From NCBI RefSeq assembly GCF_963921235.1, contig NC_086097.1, positions 77,936,001-78,000,000 on the forward strand: 64,000 nt of DNA, read 5' to 3'. The DNA is from Mobula hypostoma. Lineage: Eukaryota. Shown here in pieces: positions 1 through 11,559 of the stretch (position 1 is the first letter of the stretch; every line of letters begins with the position of its first letter). The translations under genes and the position numbers were made by a program. Under the pieces are notes generated by a model that was not told the DNA's origin, ran no database searches, and worked only from the letters and a program-made list of their open reading frames with translations.

Positions 1-399
1 CCTGGTGTCTCAGGGCTGGATGAGTCTGCACCCGTGCTGCCCTCTGCCCTTGTCACTCCCAAATCACAGTACTAATTCTTTATGTTTTTCAGCAGCAATA
101 ACAGCCATTACCACACTGCCAGTTTTACATTTGGTCAATACATCTGAATAGATAATCAGATGGGAAACTAATTACAATCAAGATAAGTACTTAGGAAGAT
201 TCTTTCATTATTTTAATAGGGGTGATTCTGATTCAACTAATGAAGTAGCACATGTCAGGGAATAAGAGATATTTTTTTAAAAAGGCAATCAATTCACCAA
301 GTGAGTTGATGTTCCTGCATGATCCTACCCTCTGTAGGAGGGTAAATTACCATTCTTAGATAATTGTACAACATGAATTACTGACAATACATTGGGAAA

Positions 400-2560
400 T
401 GCTGTGCAAAGTGTGGTTTCCTGATTACACATAGTTGGCTAAGGCATTGTGCAATCTTATCTCACTTGTTAGGAAAGATTGTCATTGTACGTGCGATATG
501 GAACGAAACCGACACAGAAGGAAATCTACATTTCAACCCAAACAATTTTAAAACTTATTAATGCACTGTTTTAATTTTGAAAATCTGCTCAGTCAACACA
601 CTCTTATATGAGTGAGTAGTTTCCTGGAATTCATTCTGTGTGAATACCAAGCTGATGACATGAGCCATTTTGGCTGGACTGGACTGGACTTGTCGGAAAC
701 AATTGGGACCAGAGGGGACTGGACTAGGCTAGACCAGATTGGTTGGGACTGCTCCCCTCCCTCACCCCTCTACACAGATCCCAGCTGGATTTGAATGAAT
801 GTGCAGGGCATGTGTCCTTTTACTCTATATGTTCACATGTTCACCATGGCTGAGACCAGCCAGCAGCATACTGAACTGTGGAGGACTGACATTGAGGAGG
901 AAAGAAGTACTTTTGTTACAATTGCTAGAAGTACCTAAACTGCAATAAATATATTGCTGAATTTTGCCTAATAACATTGCAATCAAGTCTCCTGTCAATC
1001 AGATTAGTTTCTCAAACATTCCCCACACACGTCCAGAAGGTGAAGAGTTCATGAAAGGGAGCAAGAGGAAAATTAGTCGAAGCTTGGTATTGCATTTTAA
1101 TTAGGAGGGCAGTTATTTCATTCCAAATGATACTATATTCTTCCTATAGTGTGGTGGCCAGAACTGTATACAATGCTCCAAAACAGGTGCAGCATGATGT
1201 TCCACCTGTTATACTCAATGCCTTCTTCTCTACTTAATCCACTGGAGTCACCACTTTTAGGGAGCTATGGGCTTGTACTCTAAGGTCCATCTGTACATTA
1301 ATTTTCCTGAGGTCCTGGCATTTGTATATTGAAACAGAATTTCATCTCCCTAAATGCACACTTAGCCCAATTAAATTCCACCTACCACAACTCCACCCAA
1401 CTCTCCAGTCGATCTATGCCCCACTGTATCCTTCGATAAAATTTCTTTGCTATCCGACTCCACCAATGTAATAGGCTTCACTTCTGATTATTGTTTTGTT
1501 AAACCAGCAAACCTGTGCAGTGTGTGATTTCCTGATTACAAATAGGCCAAAACATTGAATTGGTAACCACAATCATTTACAATAAGGAGCATATCATTGA
1601 AAGCTCTAAACTTTATCCTGACCTACTAAATTGCTGGATGATATCTCAACTAAGTTGGGATGTCAGTCATTCTTTAAACATTTTTTAAAATCTACCACAT
1701 AGGAAGTGTGTCCTTATACTTCACACATTCACAATGGTTCACAGCTGATGGAATGGATAAAGTAGAATTGGACAGGTTGGGTCCAGACCAGACTGAACAG
1801 AGTTCACTAGAGATGTAGCTGGCCAGTCAGACCCACACAGAGCTAGATAAGACAAGACTAGGTAAAAGTCAGGACCAGACCAGTTGGGTCCAGACTAAAC
1901 CAGTTAGTTCTGACATTGTGGAAGGAAGATGTACTTTGGTTAGAACTGCTGAATGTGCCCAAACTGCAATAGGTGTATTGATAGATTTTATTGCATTGAC
2001 TTCACAACCAATTCACTGCTAATCAGATCAGTGTCTCAGACATTCCCCAAACATGTCTTTTCCAGAAATAGAACAAAAGGAAAATTAACTGCCTTATGGT
2101 GTTGCATCTTAATAGGGATGCAAGTTACTTAATTCCAAATGATACTGTATTATTCCTCTGTTGTAGCTCTTATAATCAATGTCTTCTTCCCTATCTTATC
2201 CATTTACGTCTTCACTATCAGGGAGCTATGGGCTTGTGCCCCAAGATCCATCTGTACAATAATGCTCCTAATGTTCCTTCAATTATGTGTCCAAATAGTG
2301 TTTGGTTTGCTCAAGTGCATTACCTTACACTTGACCTGATTAAATTCCATCTGCCTCATCGATCCATCTTTCCAACTGATAGATGCATATCCTGCTGTAT
2401 CCTGAAAGAACTTCCTTTGTTGTCTATGCCTCCACCAAAGTAACATACTTCACTTCTGATAAGTGAGTTGTGGAACCACAACTTATAAGATGTGTTAATC
2501 AAACCACAATTGCTTGCAATAATATTACTGAAGCTCCAGACTTCTATCCTGACTTCTGCC
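400..2560. repeat. Ancient diverged tandem duplication, about 1-kb unit, about 2 copies
   Basis: Collinear matching anchors: TTTCCTGATTACA (~418/~1528), TGACATTG..GTACTTT..AAACTGCAATA (~886/~1911), TTCCAAATGATACT (~1121/~2133), AGGGAGCTATGGGCTTGT (~1259/~2220), CTTCACTTCTGAT (~1476/~2448). Each unit has a degenerate GGACT/AGACC pentamer tract and an old minus-strand CR1-like piece. Confidence 0.75.
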
Positions 2561-3804
2561 ATACCATAGCACTGCTTAATACAGATTATAACATCAAAAT
2601 TAGCCACTTAAATTCAGTATGGGAAAATTGCTAGGAAACCGAGTCATCAATAAGAATAAAAATGCTTTTGTACAACACAGTCATTGGTGATCACTCAAGA
2701 ACAACTTGGAGCCAGTCAGGTTGTTGCTGCAGTAGAGGAAGCATAAGAGCTGACAACATACACAGCAAACTTCCACAACAACAAGGTCATTATTATTGGG
2801 CTTTTGAACTATTTAGCGAAGGGTTTGCATTCAGGGCCTCTTCTTCTAAGTTGTCTCTGTGATTAGATCTGGTATAATGTAAGGATTCATTCAGACAGCT
2901 CATCTGAAAGGCAACACTATCAGCTTCAGTCCCAATCCACTGTGCTGTCTGTACTTCTGATTTCTATCTGAGACTGTGGTGTCGAATTTGACCTCACCAA
3001 CCTTAGACCACAAAAGTTTACTGACCCAGACACAGATTACACTTGAACAAATGGTGAAGAAAAATACCACATGCTTGCAATTGTCTTCTCTCCACCACCA
3101 CCCCACCGCCTTATAACTTAACCCATCACGTAAGGTCAAATGAGTATAAGCTATAAATAAAGCAATCCCAGAAGTTTCTTGGGTTTACGTAACTGGATTA
3201 TACATTAACATTTTCATTGTGGTTCCCTCTGTGCCAGTATATTGTAATTTACTTGTGGAAATGAACTGCTGAACTACTGGGAGTTGTGCATTAACCTCAC
3301 AGAGTGAGAAATTATCAGCCTAAATAAAACACTGGGCTGTACAATTACGTGCCATCAAGTGCCCCAGCAGCAAGGAAATACATTTGTTTCTGTTGGCTTG
3401 CCTTGAAAAAGAACTCAGATATCATAAGGCTGCTTTCAATTAGATTGCTTCCCATCATCTGAATTCCACATATTGAGCTGCACTCTAAACGTGATATCCT
3501 GAATTTATATACTATACAACATGGTGCTCCAAGCAAAATTTCTGAAAATACAGTGCTTACTCCTTGATTTCTGACCAAAAGAGAACAATTCCTTTGTCTG
3601 CTTAGAGGCCACGTCATTAGACCCAGAACATTAAGCCACATTATGGTTTGGGAAAAAATGCTCAAAGGAGCAGGAAATCAGTGAACTCTCACTGCTTTAA
3701 TTTATTTAATTAAGTTAAACATCCCCAGATACTTCATACTTTTTATTGTGAAAAGAAATTAAATAAGATAGCCAATGCTCACTAAAGCTTAGAGGAATGA
3801 GAAT

Positions 3805-4053
3805 TGGTATGCTTTGTAACACGAAAACATTAAATTAATGACAAGAAAAAGACAGGATTCCGAAATGTGAGTCTAACTTAAGTTATACTTTCAAGTGAGG
3901 CACACACTTATCACATGGTAGAGTCATGACGTATGCAATTCACTTATTTTTACATATAAACTGTAAAGAATTATTTAAATGAACAAGAATGCCTAGTCAA
4001 ATAATATATTTACAATATTACTCAAATACTACTGAAATATTAAATACAAAATA
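3805..4053 (-). mobile_element. Putative decayed solo LTR
   Basis: About 250-bp AT-rich block with decayed TG...(C/T)A ends, flanked by AGAAT/AGAAC (4/5 match, possible 5-bp TSD). Orientation is tentative. Confidence 0.35.
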
Positions 4054-4599
4054 AGAACTGATCTCATTGAGATTCAGAGAGATTGTGACATGGTTGATGC
4101 TGAGACAGTCCAGCTCAAAAGTCTATCACCAAGAGACATGGTGTTGAGAATTGGGTTGACTATTTAAGATTGATACAACAGGGACATTTGAAATTCCTTA
4201 CTCCAGAGGGCTGTGAGCACTCCATTATTGTTGCTTTGAATGAATCACTGGATGCTGAGGAATTCAGAGGACATAGAGACCAGTTGGCAAAGCTAACAGG
4301 GCACATGAGCTTATCAAACATTAGGCTGTTCCCTTCTGAAAGTCATTATCCATGAAACACTCAGCCTCTTGGATGAAGCCAGCAATGACAGCTTCTGTTC
4401 AAACTTAAAAATCCAAAGCTCAGCCTACTTTAGACAAAGCCATTTGCTACACCTGTTATTGCTCAGCACATGGGAAGTCTCATGGGCACATTATATGAGT
4501 TTCATTAATTGTCTCTATCTATTATTTTAAGCAGAAATCTGTCACAGAAAGCCAATACGCAAACGCAGTAAGTTATTACCAAAGTAAACAGTGGATCAG

Positions 4600-5370
4600 C
4601 CTTACCATGAGGGGATACAAGTAGAGGAGTAAGGAAGTCTGATTACACTGCACAGGGTCTTGGTGAGGCCTCACCTGGAGTATTGTGCATAATTTTCATC
4701 TCCTGAACTAAGAAATCAGGGTCGTAAAGAGAGCTTTTAGTACATTGGCCTTTATTAATCAAAGTATTGAGTATAAGAGCTGGAATGTTATGATGAGGTT
4801 GTATAAGGCATTGGTGAGACCAAATCTGGAGTATTGTGTTCAGTTTTGGTCACCAAATTACAAGGATATAAATAAGGTTGAAAGAGTGCAGAGAAGGTTT
4901 ACAAGGATGTTGCCGGGACTTGAGAAACTCCATTACAGAGAAAGGTTGAATGGGTTACGACTTTATTCCCTGGAGCGTAGAAGAATGAGGGGAGATTTGA
5001 TAGAGGTATATAAAATTATGATGGGTATAGATAGAGTGAATGCAAGCAGGCTTTTTCCACTGAGGCAAGAGGAGAAAAAAACCAGAGGACATGGGTTAAG
5101 GGTGAGGGGGGGAAAAGTTTAAAGGGAACATTAGGGGGGGCTTCTTCACACAGACAGTGGTAGGAGTATGGAATAAGCTGCCAGACGAGGTGGTAAATGT
5201 GGGTTCTTTTTTAACATATAAGAATAAATTGGACAGATACATGGATGGAAGGTGTATGGAGGGATATGGTCCATGTGCAGGTCAGTGAGACTAGGCAGAA
5301 AATAGTTCGGCACAGCCAAGAAGGGCCAAAAGGCCTGTTTCTGTGCTGTAGTTTTTCTATGGTTTCTATG
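4600..5370 (+). mobile_element. CR1 LINE 3' fragments (degenerate ORF2 C-terminus and 3' UTR)
   Basis: ORF 4745-5122 has LYKALVRPNLEYCVQFWSP...LYSLERRRMRGDLIEVYKI, a CR1 ORF2 C-terminal signature; ends in a TTTCTATG-type tail. Confidence 0.9.
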
Positions 5371-5390
5371 TACTTCCTGTTCAGAGATGG

Positions 5391-5619
5391 TGTGGTAAAC
5401 CATATATATGTTGTAGCTGGGTTAACTGTCTGGCCACACACCCCTCTGCTGACTGCCCCTGTGGTTCCTCCCACAGACCCTCAATAAAGGTGATTTCGCC
5501 TTGCCCCTCCCCCTCAGTGCAGGGGCAGACACTCAGCATGGAAGTCGTATTGTACAGCGAATAAAAGCCCTTCAGTATTTACTCTACTTCAGTCTTTTGG
5601 AGTTATTGAAGGTGCTTCA
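5391..5619 (+). repeat. 5' LTR of Gypsy element (229 bp)
   Basis: Starts TGTGGTAAACC, ends GGTGCTTCA, contains AATAAA at 5560-5565; direct repeat of 9619-9844. Confidence 0.95.
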
Positions 5620-6401
5620 ATGTTATTCGCTGTAATTTTAAAGCATGGAACGTGTTCTGAGACCCGACAAGTTAGATCTCAATCCACAAATGCCTGAAGC
5701 TGGAAACGCTTTCGAACTCTGGCTGGCATACTTTGAATCGTACCTAGAGGAGATTAAAGCGACCAACTCCGCAGTGAAGCGCAGAGTTCTACTCTCCAGG
5801 GTCAGTCCACGGGTCTACTCAATGATCAGAGACCAGCCGAGCTATGACAGCATGATGAGCGCACTCAAAGGACAATACCTGCGGCCGATAAACAGTGTCT
5901 ACACACGACATCATTTAGCGACTTGAAACCTGTGGCCTGGGGAATCAAGTGCTGAGTTTGTCCAGGCCCTACGGATGCTCATGCAAGCCTGCAATTGCCA
6001 AGAACTGACGGCAGTACAGCATGTAGAGCTCCTAGTGAGAGACGCCTTCGTCACGGGGACCAGGTCAGTGTAGGTGCACCAGCAGCTGTTAGAAAAAGCC
6101 AATCTTACCTTAAGTTTGGCGATCAAGCTGGCCAACACGCTGGAGGCCGCTCTGCATAACTCTGAGGCTCTCCAGGCACGTGATCCCCCAATGGCCTCGT
6201 GGGTGCCGCAGACCCTGCAACCCACTGGTGAATCAACCATGGCTGCTGCTGGTCGCGAGTCCGTGAAGTGCTACTTCTGCGGACTCGAGAAGCACCCCCG
6301 GAAACGCTGCCCGGCTCGACAAGCTACCTGTTCCAGCTGTGCAAAGAAGGGCCATTTCACCAAGGTCTGTAAGTCCAAACCATGAGCAGGATCGAGCAGC
6401 G

Positions 6402-6570
6402 CCACGTGCGAGACATGGGGGTCGCAATCTTGCCTGCCGCCATCTTCCCTGCACGCCGCCACCACGTGCGAGACATGGGGGTCGCAATCTTGCCTGCCGC
6501 CATCTTCCCTGCACGCCGCCACCATGTGTGAGACGTGGGGGCGGCCATCTTGGTCGTCGCCCCTTCCCAC
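6402..6570 (+). repeat. 60-bp tandem repeat (about 2.8 copies) in the gag-protease linker
   Basis: CCACGTGCGAGACATGGGGGTCGCAATCTTGCCTGCCGCCATCTTCCCTGCACGCCGCCA occurs twice identically, followed by a diverged third copy. Confidence 0.95.
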
Positions 6571-7186
6571 CGCCTACGATCAATGGGTACTCATGGGGCA
6601 CCCCACCGCGCTGGACCAAGACAGCGACTCCGTGACTCTCGACCAAAGCGCCCCTCACCAGCTCGCAGGGTCAATGATGGACATCCTGGTGGAGGGGCGC
6701 AGGACAAGCTGCCTGTTTGACATAGGCAGCATGGAGAGTTTTATCCACCTGGACACGGTGCAGCATTACGGACTCGTGATACAGCCGGTAAGTCAGAGGG
6801 TCACCATGGCTTCTGGGTCGCATACAACAGACATCCGGGGAGGGCTGTGTAGCGACGCTAGTGGTGCAGGGCACAGAATATCGAGACTTTACGTTACTGG
6901 TCATGCCTCAACTGTGTGCCCCTGTGTTATTGGGGTTCGACTTCCAGAGCCACCTGAAAAGCGTGACAATGGAGTATGATGGGCCCCTCCCACCAATCAC
7001 TGTCGTAAATCCCCAGTTTGTAGGAATACTTCACATACCCTGCTACTGACCACCCACACACACCGACCCGCACATCCCACCCAACACCATGCCAACTGCC
7101 ACACTACCAATGCCACTTACGGCTTCTCCACCCTCAGGATCCCTCCCCCACCGCTGTTCGCCAACCTGACCCCCGACTGTAAACCT

Positions 7187-8191
7187 GTGGCAACTAAAAG
7201 CAGGAGGTACAGCACGGGGGACAGAGCCTTCATTAAGTCGGAGGTGCAGCGGCCACTTAGGGAGGGAGTCATTGAGGCAAGCACAAGTCCTTGGAGGGCG
7301 CAGATGGTCTTTGTTCAGAATGGGGAGAAGAACAGGATGGTCGTGGACTATAGCCAGACCATCAATAGGTTCACGCAGCTCGACACGTACCCTCTACCCC
7401 GCATCGCAGATATGGTCAATCCGATAGCACAGTACAAGGTGTACTCGACCATAGACCTAAAATCCGCTTACCATCAGCTCTCCATCCACCGGGAGGACTG
7501 CCCTTACACTGCCTTCGAGGCGGACGGCAGGCTTTATCACTTCCTGTGCGTCCCCTTCGGTGTCACGAATGGTGTATCTGTCTTCCAGAGGGCAATAGAC
7601 TGGATGGTGGAACAGTGCCAACTGAAGGCCATGTTCCCATATCTGGATAATATCACCATCTGCAATCACGACCAGCAGGATCACGACAACAACCTCCAAA
7701 AATTTCTCCAAGCGGCCAAAGCTTTCAATCTCACCTATAACAAGGACAAGTGTGTGTCCGGAACCACCCGACTTGCTATCCTTGGGTGTGTCGTGGAGAA
7801 TGGAGTCATTGGCCCTGACCCCGACCGTATGTGCCCCCTGTTGAAACTCCCTCTTCCCAAAACCCTCAGAGCCCTCAAAAGGTGTCTGGGCTTCTTTTCA
7901 TATTACGCCCAATGGATCTCTAACTATGCAGACAAGGCCAACCCCCTGGTCAAGTTCACCACATTCCCCCTCTCAGCCGAGGCCCGTGCGGCCTTCAGCC
8001 GCATAAAAGGGGACATTGCCAAAGCAGCAATGCATGCGGTGGATGAGGCCATTCCCTCCCAAGTAGAGAGTGACGCCTCCGACTTTGCACTGGCTGCTAC
8101 CCTCAACCAGGTGGGAAGACCAGTGGCGTTCTTCTCCCGTACCCTTCAAGGCCCTGAAATTCGGCACTCCGCAGTGGAGAAAGAGGCCTAG
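7187..8191 (+). pseudogene. pol: Gypsy reverse transcriptase / RNase H domain fragment
   Basis: 334-aa open frame with RMVVDYS..INRFT.LDTYPLPRI, IDLKSAYHQ, TAF, PFG, YLDN, LG.F.YY and SDAS motifs. Confidence 0.93.
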
Positions 8192-8197
8192 GCCATA

Positions 8198-8974
8198 GTG
8201 GAAGCTATTAAGCACTGGAGGCACTACCTTGCTGGCAAAAAGTTCATGTTTAACAACCCACAGCGGGGCAAAATCAAAAATGATGAAATTCTGAGGTGGA
8301 GAATCGAACTCTCCACCTACAACTATGACATCATGTACCGGCCTGGGAAGCTCAACGAGCCCTCCAATGCCCTATCCCGGGGAACATGCGCCAGCGCGCA
8401 GATCGACCGGCTATACGCCCTACATGTAGACCTTTGCCACCCCGGGGTCACCCGGCTTTTCCACTTTGTGAAAGCCTGGAACCTGCCTTACTCCCTTGAG
8501 GAGATCAGGACGATGGCCAGGGACTGCCAAGTCTGTGCAGAGTGCAAACCGCACTTCTACCGACCCGAAAAGGCACCACTCATCAAGGCCACCCGCCCCT
8601 TTGAGCGACTGAGTGTTGACTTTAAGGGCCCCCTTCCCTCCACCGACCGCAATGTGTACTTTCTTAATGTTATCAACAAGTACTCACGGGTCCCCTTTGC
8701 CATCCCCTGCCCCGACACCACTACCACGTCAGTTTTAAAAGCCCTGTGCAAGCTCTTCACTCTGTTCGAATACCCATGCTATATCCACAGTGACAGAGGG
8801 TCCTCGTTTATGAATGACGAGCTGCGCCAATATCGACTGGTTAGGGAAATTGCAACTAGTAGGACCACGAGCTATAATCCCTGGGGGAATGGACAGGTAG
8901 AGAAGGAGAATGGCACAGTGTGGAAAGCCACACTCTTAGCCCTCAGGTCAAAGGGACTGCCGGTCTCCAGCTGA
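8198..8974 (+). pseudogene. pol: Gypsy integrase domain fragment
   Basis: HHCC (HVDLCHPG...CQVC) and DDE core (VDFKGP; HSDRGSSF; NGQVEKEN). Confidence 0.93.
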
Positions 8975-9600
8975 CAGGAGGTCCTTCCCGAGGCACTCCA
9001 CTCCATCTGCTCCCTGTTACGCACGTCCACCAATGCCACCCCTCATGAGTGGATCTTTTCTTTTCCCAGAAAGTCGACCACTGGGACCACCCTACCAACT
9101 TGGCTGATGTCCCCGGGGCCAGTGTTACTCCGGAAACATGCGAGGAGCAATAAATACTCCCCGATGGTCGAGAGGTTTCACTTACTTCATGCGAACCCTC
9201 AGTATGCCATTGCGACTTTACCTGATGGGCGGGAGGACACGGTCTCCATCCGCGACCTGGCGCCCGCAGGAGCACCGGGCCCCTACCCTGAACACTCCGT
9301 GGTGACTATTGACCTCGTACCCACCGATGTATGTACCCACGAGACACCACGCACTCTAAGCCCTACACAGACACCACACGACACTCTCACACCGGGCATG
9401 ATGCACACGCACGAAGGGCTAACAACGCCTAACATGCTGACACCTCAAGTCAGGCCGGAGCCAGCACAACCGCCATCGCCGACGTAATCACCGTCGGTGC
9501 TACGTAGATCACAGTGACGGACTCGACTGCCTGATAGACTTGACCTGTAAATATACTTGTTTTAAATATTGTCAATCACTTCACCCCGCAGGACTCTTTT

Positions 9601-9618
9601 AAAAAAAGGAGGGGTGAA
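9601..9618 (+). other. Polypurine tract of Gypsy element
   Basis: AAAAAAAGGAGGGGTGAA immediately upstream of the TG of the 3' LTR. Confidence 0.9.
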
Positions 9619-9844
9619 TGTAGTAAACCATATATATGTTGTAACTGGGTTTACTGTCTGGACACGCCCTCTGCTGACTGCCCCTGTGGCTCCTCCCACA
9701 GTGTCCTATATAAAGGTGTTTCGCCTTGCTCCTCCCCCTCAGTCCGGCGACAAACACTCAGCATGGAAGTTGTATTGTACAGCGAATAAAAGCCTTTCAG
9801 TATTTACCTTACTTCAGTCTTTTGGAGTTACTGAAGGTGCTTCA
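9619..9844 (+). repeat. 3' LTR of Gypsy element (226 bp)
   Basis: TGTAGTAAACC...GGTGCTTCA; TATATAAA near 9707, AATAAA near 9785; followed by TSD GATGG. Confidence 0.95.
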
Positions 9845-10327
9845 GATGGAAAGATATTAAATGGATTTTTTGCATCTGTATTTACTCGGAAGATGGACAC
9901 AGAGTCTATAGAAGTGAGGCAAAGCAGCAGTGACATCATGGACCCTGGACAGGTTACAAAGGAGGAGGTGTTTGCTGTCTTGAGGCAAATTAGCATGGAT
10001 AAATCCCTAGGGCCTGACACATTGTTTCCTTGGACCCTTTTGGATGCCAGTGCAGAAATTGCAGGGGCCCAAGCAGAGACATTTACAACATCCTTGGCCT
10101 CGTGCGAGGTGCGGAAGGATTGGAGGATAGCTAATGCTGTTGCTTTGTTTAAGAAAAGCTCCAAGAATAAGCTAGGAAATTAGGTGAGCTTAGCATCAAT
10201 AGTGGGAAGGGTATTGAGGTTTCTAACCAACCGAAGATCTAAGTATTTGGATAGACATAGACTAATTAGGGATAGACAAGCTGGCAATGTGTGCAGTAAA
10301 TCATATGTAACTAATCTCATAGAGCTT

Positions 10328-11127
10328 ATGGTTATACACTTTGGTAGAAGAAATAAACGGGCAGACTATTATTTAAATGGGGAGAGAATTCAAAGTTCTG
10401 AGATGCAACAGGACTTGGGAGTCCTCGTGCAGGATACCCTTAAGGTTAACCTCCAGGCTGAGTCGGTGGTGAAGAAGGCGAATGCAGTGTTGGCATTCAT
10501 TTCTAGAGGAATAGAGTATAGGAACAGGGATGTGATGTTGAGGCTCTATAAGGCACTGGTAAGACCTCACTTAGAGTACTGTAGGCAGTTTTGGGCTCCT
10601 TATTTAAGAAAGGATGTGCTAACATTGGAGAGGGTACAGAGAAGATTCACTAGAATGATTCCGGGAATGAGAGGTTTAACATATGAGGAATGTTTGACCG
10701 CTCTTGGACTGTACTCCTTGGAGTTTAGAAGAATGAGGGGGGGACCTCATAAAAACATTTTGAATGTTGAAAGACATGAAGAGACTGGATGTGGCAAAGT
10801 TGTTTCCCATGGTGGGGGAGTCTAGCACAAGAGGACATGACTTAAGGATTGAAGGGTGCCCATTCAGAACAGAGATGCAAAGAAATTTTTTTAGCCAGAG
10901 GGTGGTGAATCTGTGGAATTTGTTGCCACGGGCAACAGTGGAGGTCAAGTCATTGGGTGTATTTAAGGCAGAGATTGATAGGTATCTGAGTAGCCAGGGC
11001 ATCAAAGGTTATGGGGAGAAGGCGGGGGAGTGGGACTAAATGGGAGAATGAATCAGCTCATGATAAAATGGTGGAGCAGACTTGATGGGCCAAATGACCG
11101 TCTTCTGCTCCTTGGTCTTATGGTCTT
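10328..11127 (+). mobile_element. CR1 LINE 3' fragment nested in older CR1
   Basis: VIHFG..N...YYLNGE...DLGV; LYKALVRPHLEYC..FWAPY; 3' UTR ending in a TCTTATGG-type tail. Confidence 0.9.
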
Positions 11128-11559
11128 TTTGAGGAATTTGCCAAGAAAGTTGATGAAGGCAAAGCAGTGGATGCTGCCTACCTGAACTTTAACAAGGCAT
11201 TTAACAAGGTTCCACATGGAGATTGGTCAAGAAGGTTCAGTTGCTTCGCATTCAAGATGAGGTTATTAATTAGCTTTGTAGGAGAAGCCAGAGAGTAGAA
11301 GTAGATAGTCACCTCTCTGACTAAAACACTGTGGCTAATGGTGTGCCATAATGATTGATGCTGGTTCCATTGTTCTTTGTCATATATATAAATGATTTGC
11401 ATGATAATGTGGTAAATTGGACTTCAAAGTGGTGGATGACACCAAGTTTGGGGGTGTTAACAAGTGGACAGGGAGGAAAATTATCAAAGCTTGCTGCGGG
11501 ATCTAGGCCAGCTGGAAAAATGGACTGAAAGAAGGCAAATGGAATTTAATGCAGACAAG

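Larger units (their letters stand above)
5645..9550 (+). pseudogene. Gypsy gag-pol polyprotein, disrupted by stops and frameshifts
   Basis: Gag with tandem Zn knuckles (CYFCGLEKHPRKRC; CSSCAKKGHFTKVC), aspartic protease remnant LFDIGSMESFI, RT (IDLKSAYHQ; PFGVTNG; YLDN), RNase H (ESDASDFALAATL), integrase. In-frame stops e.g. at 5924, 6071, 6383, 8189, 8972. Confidence 0.93.
5391..9844 (+). mobile_element. Full-length, decayed Ty3/Gypsy LTR retrotransposon (Mag-like gag)
   Basis: Two direct LTRs (TG...CA; 5391-5619 and 9619-9844), perfect 5-bp TSD GATGG (5386-5390 and 9845-9849), gag-PR-RT-RNaseH-IN order, polypurine tract before the 3' LTR. Confidence 0.97.

Noticed and set aside
9569..10183. 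204-aa ORF
   Set aside because: Chance read-through from the Gypsy 3' LTR into a decayed CR1 fragment; non-ATG start.
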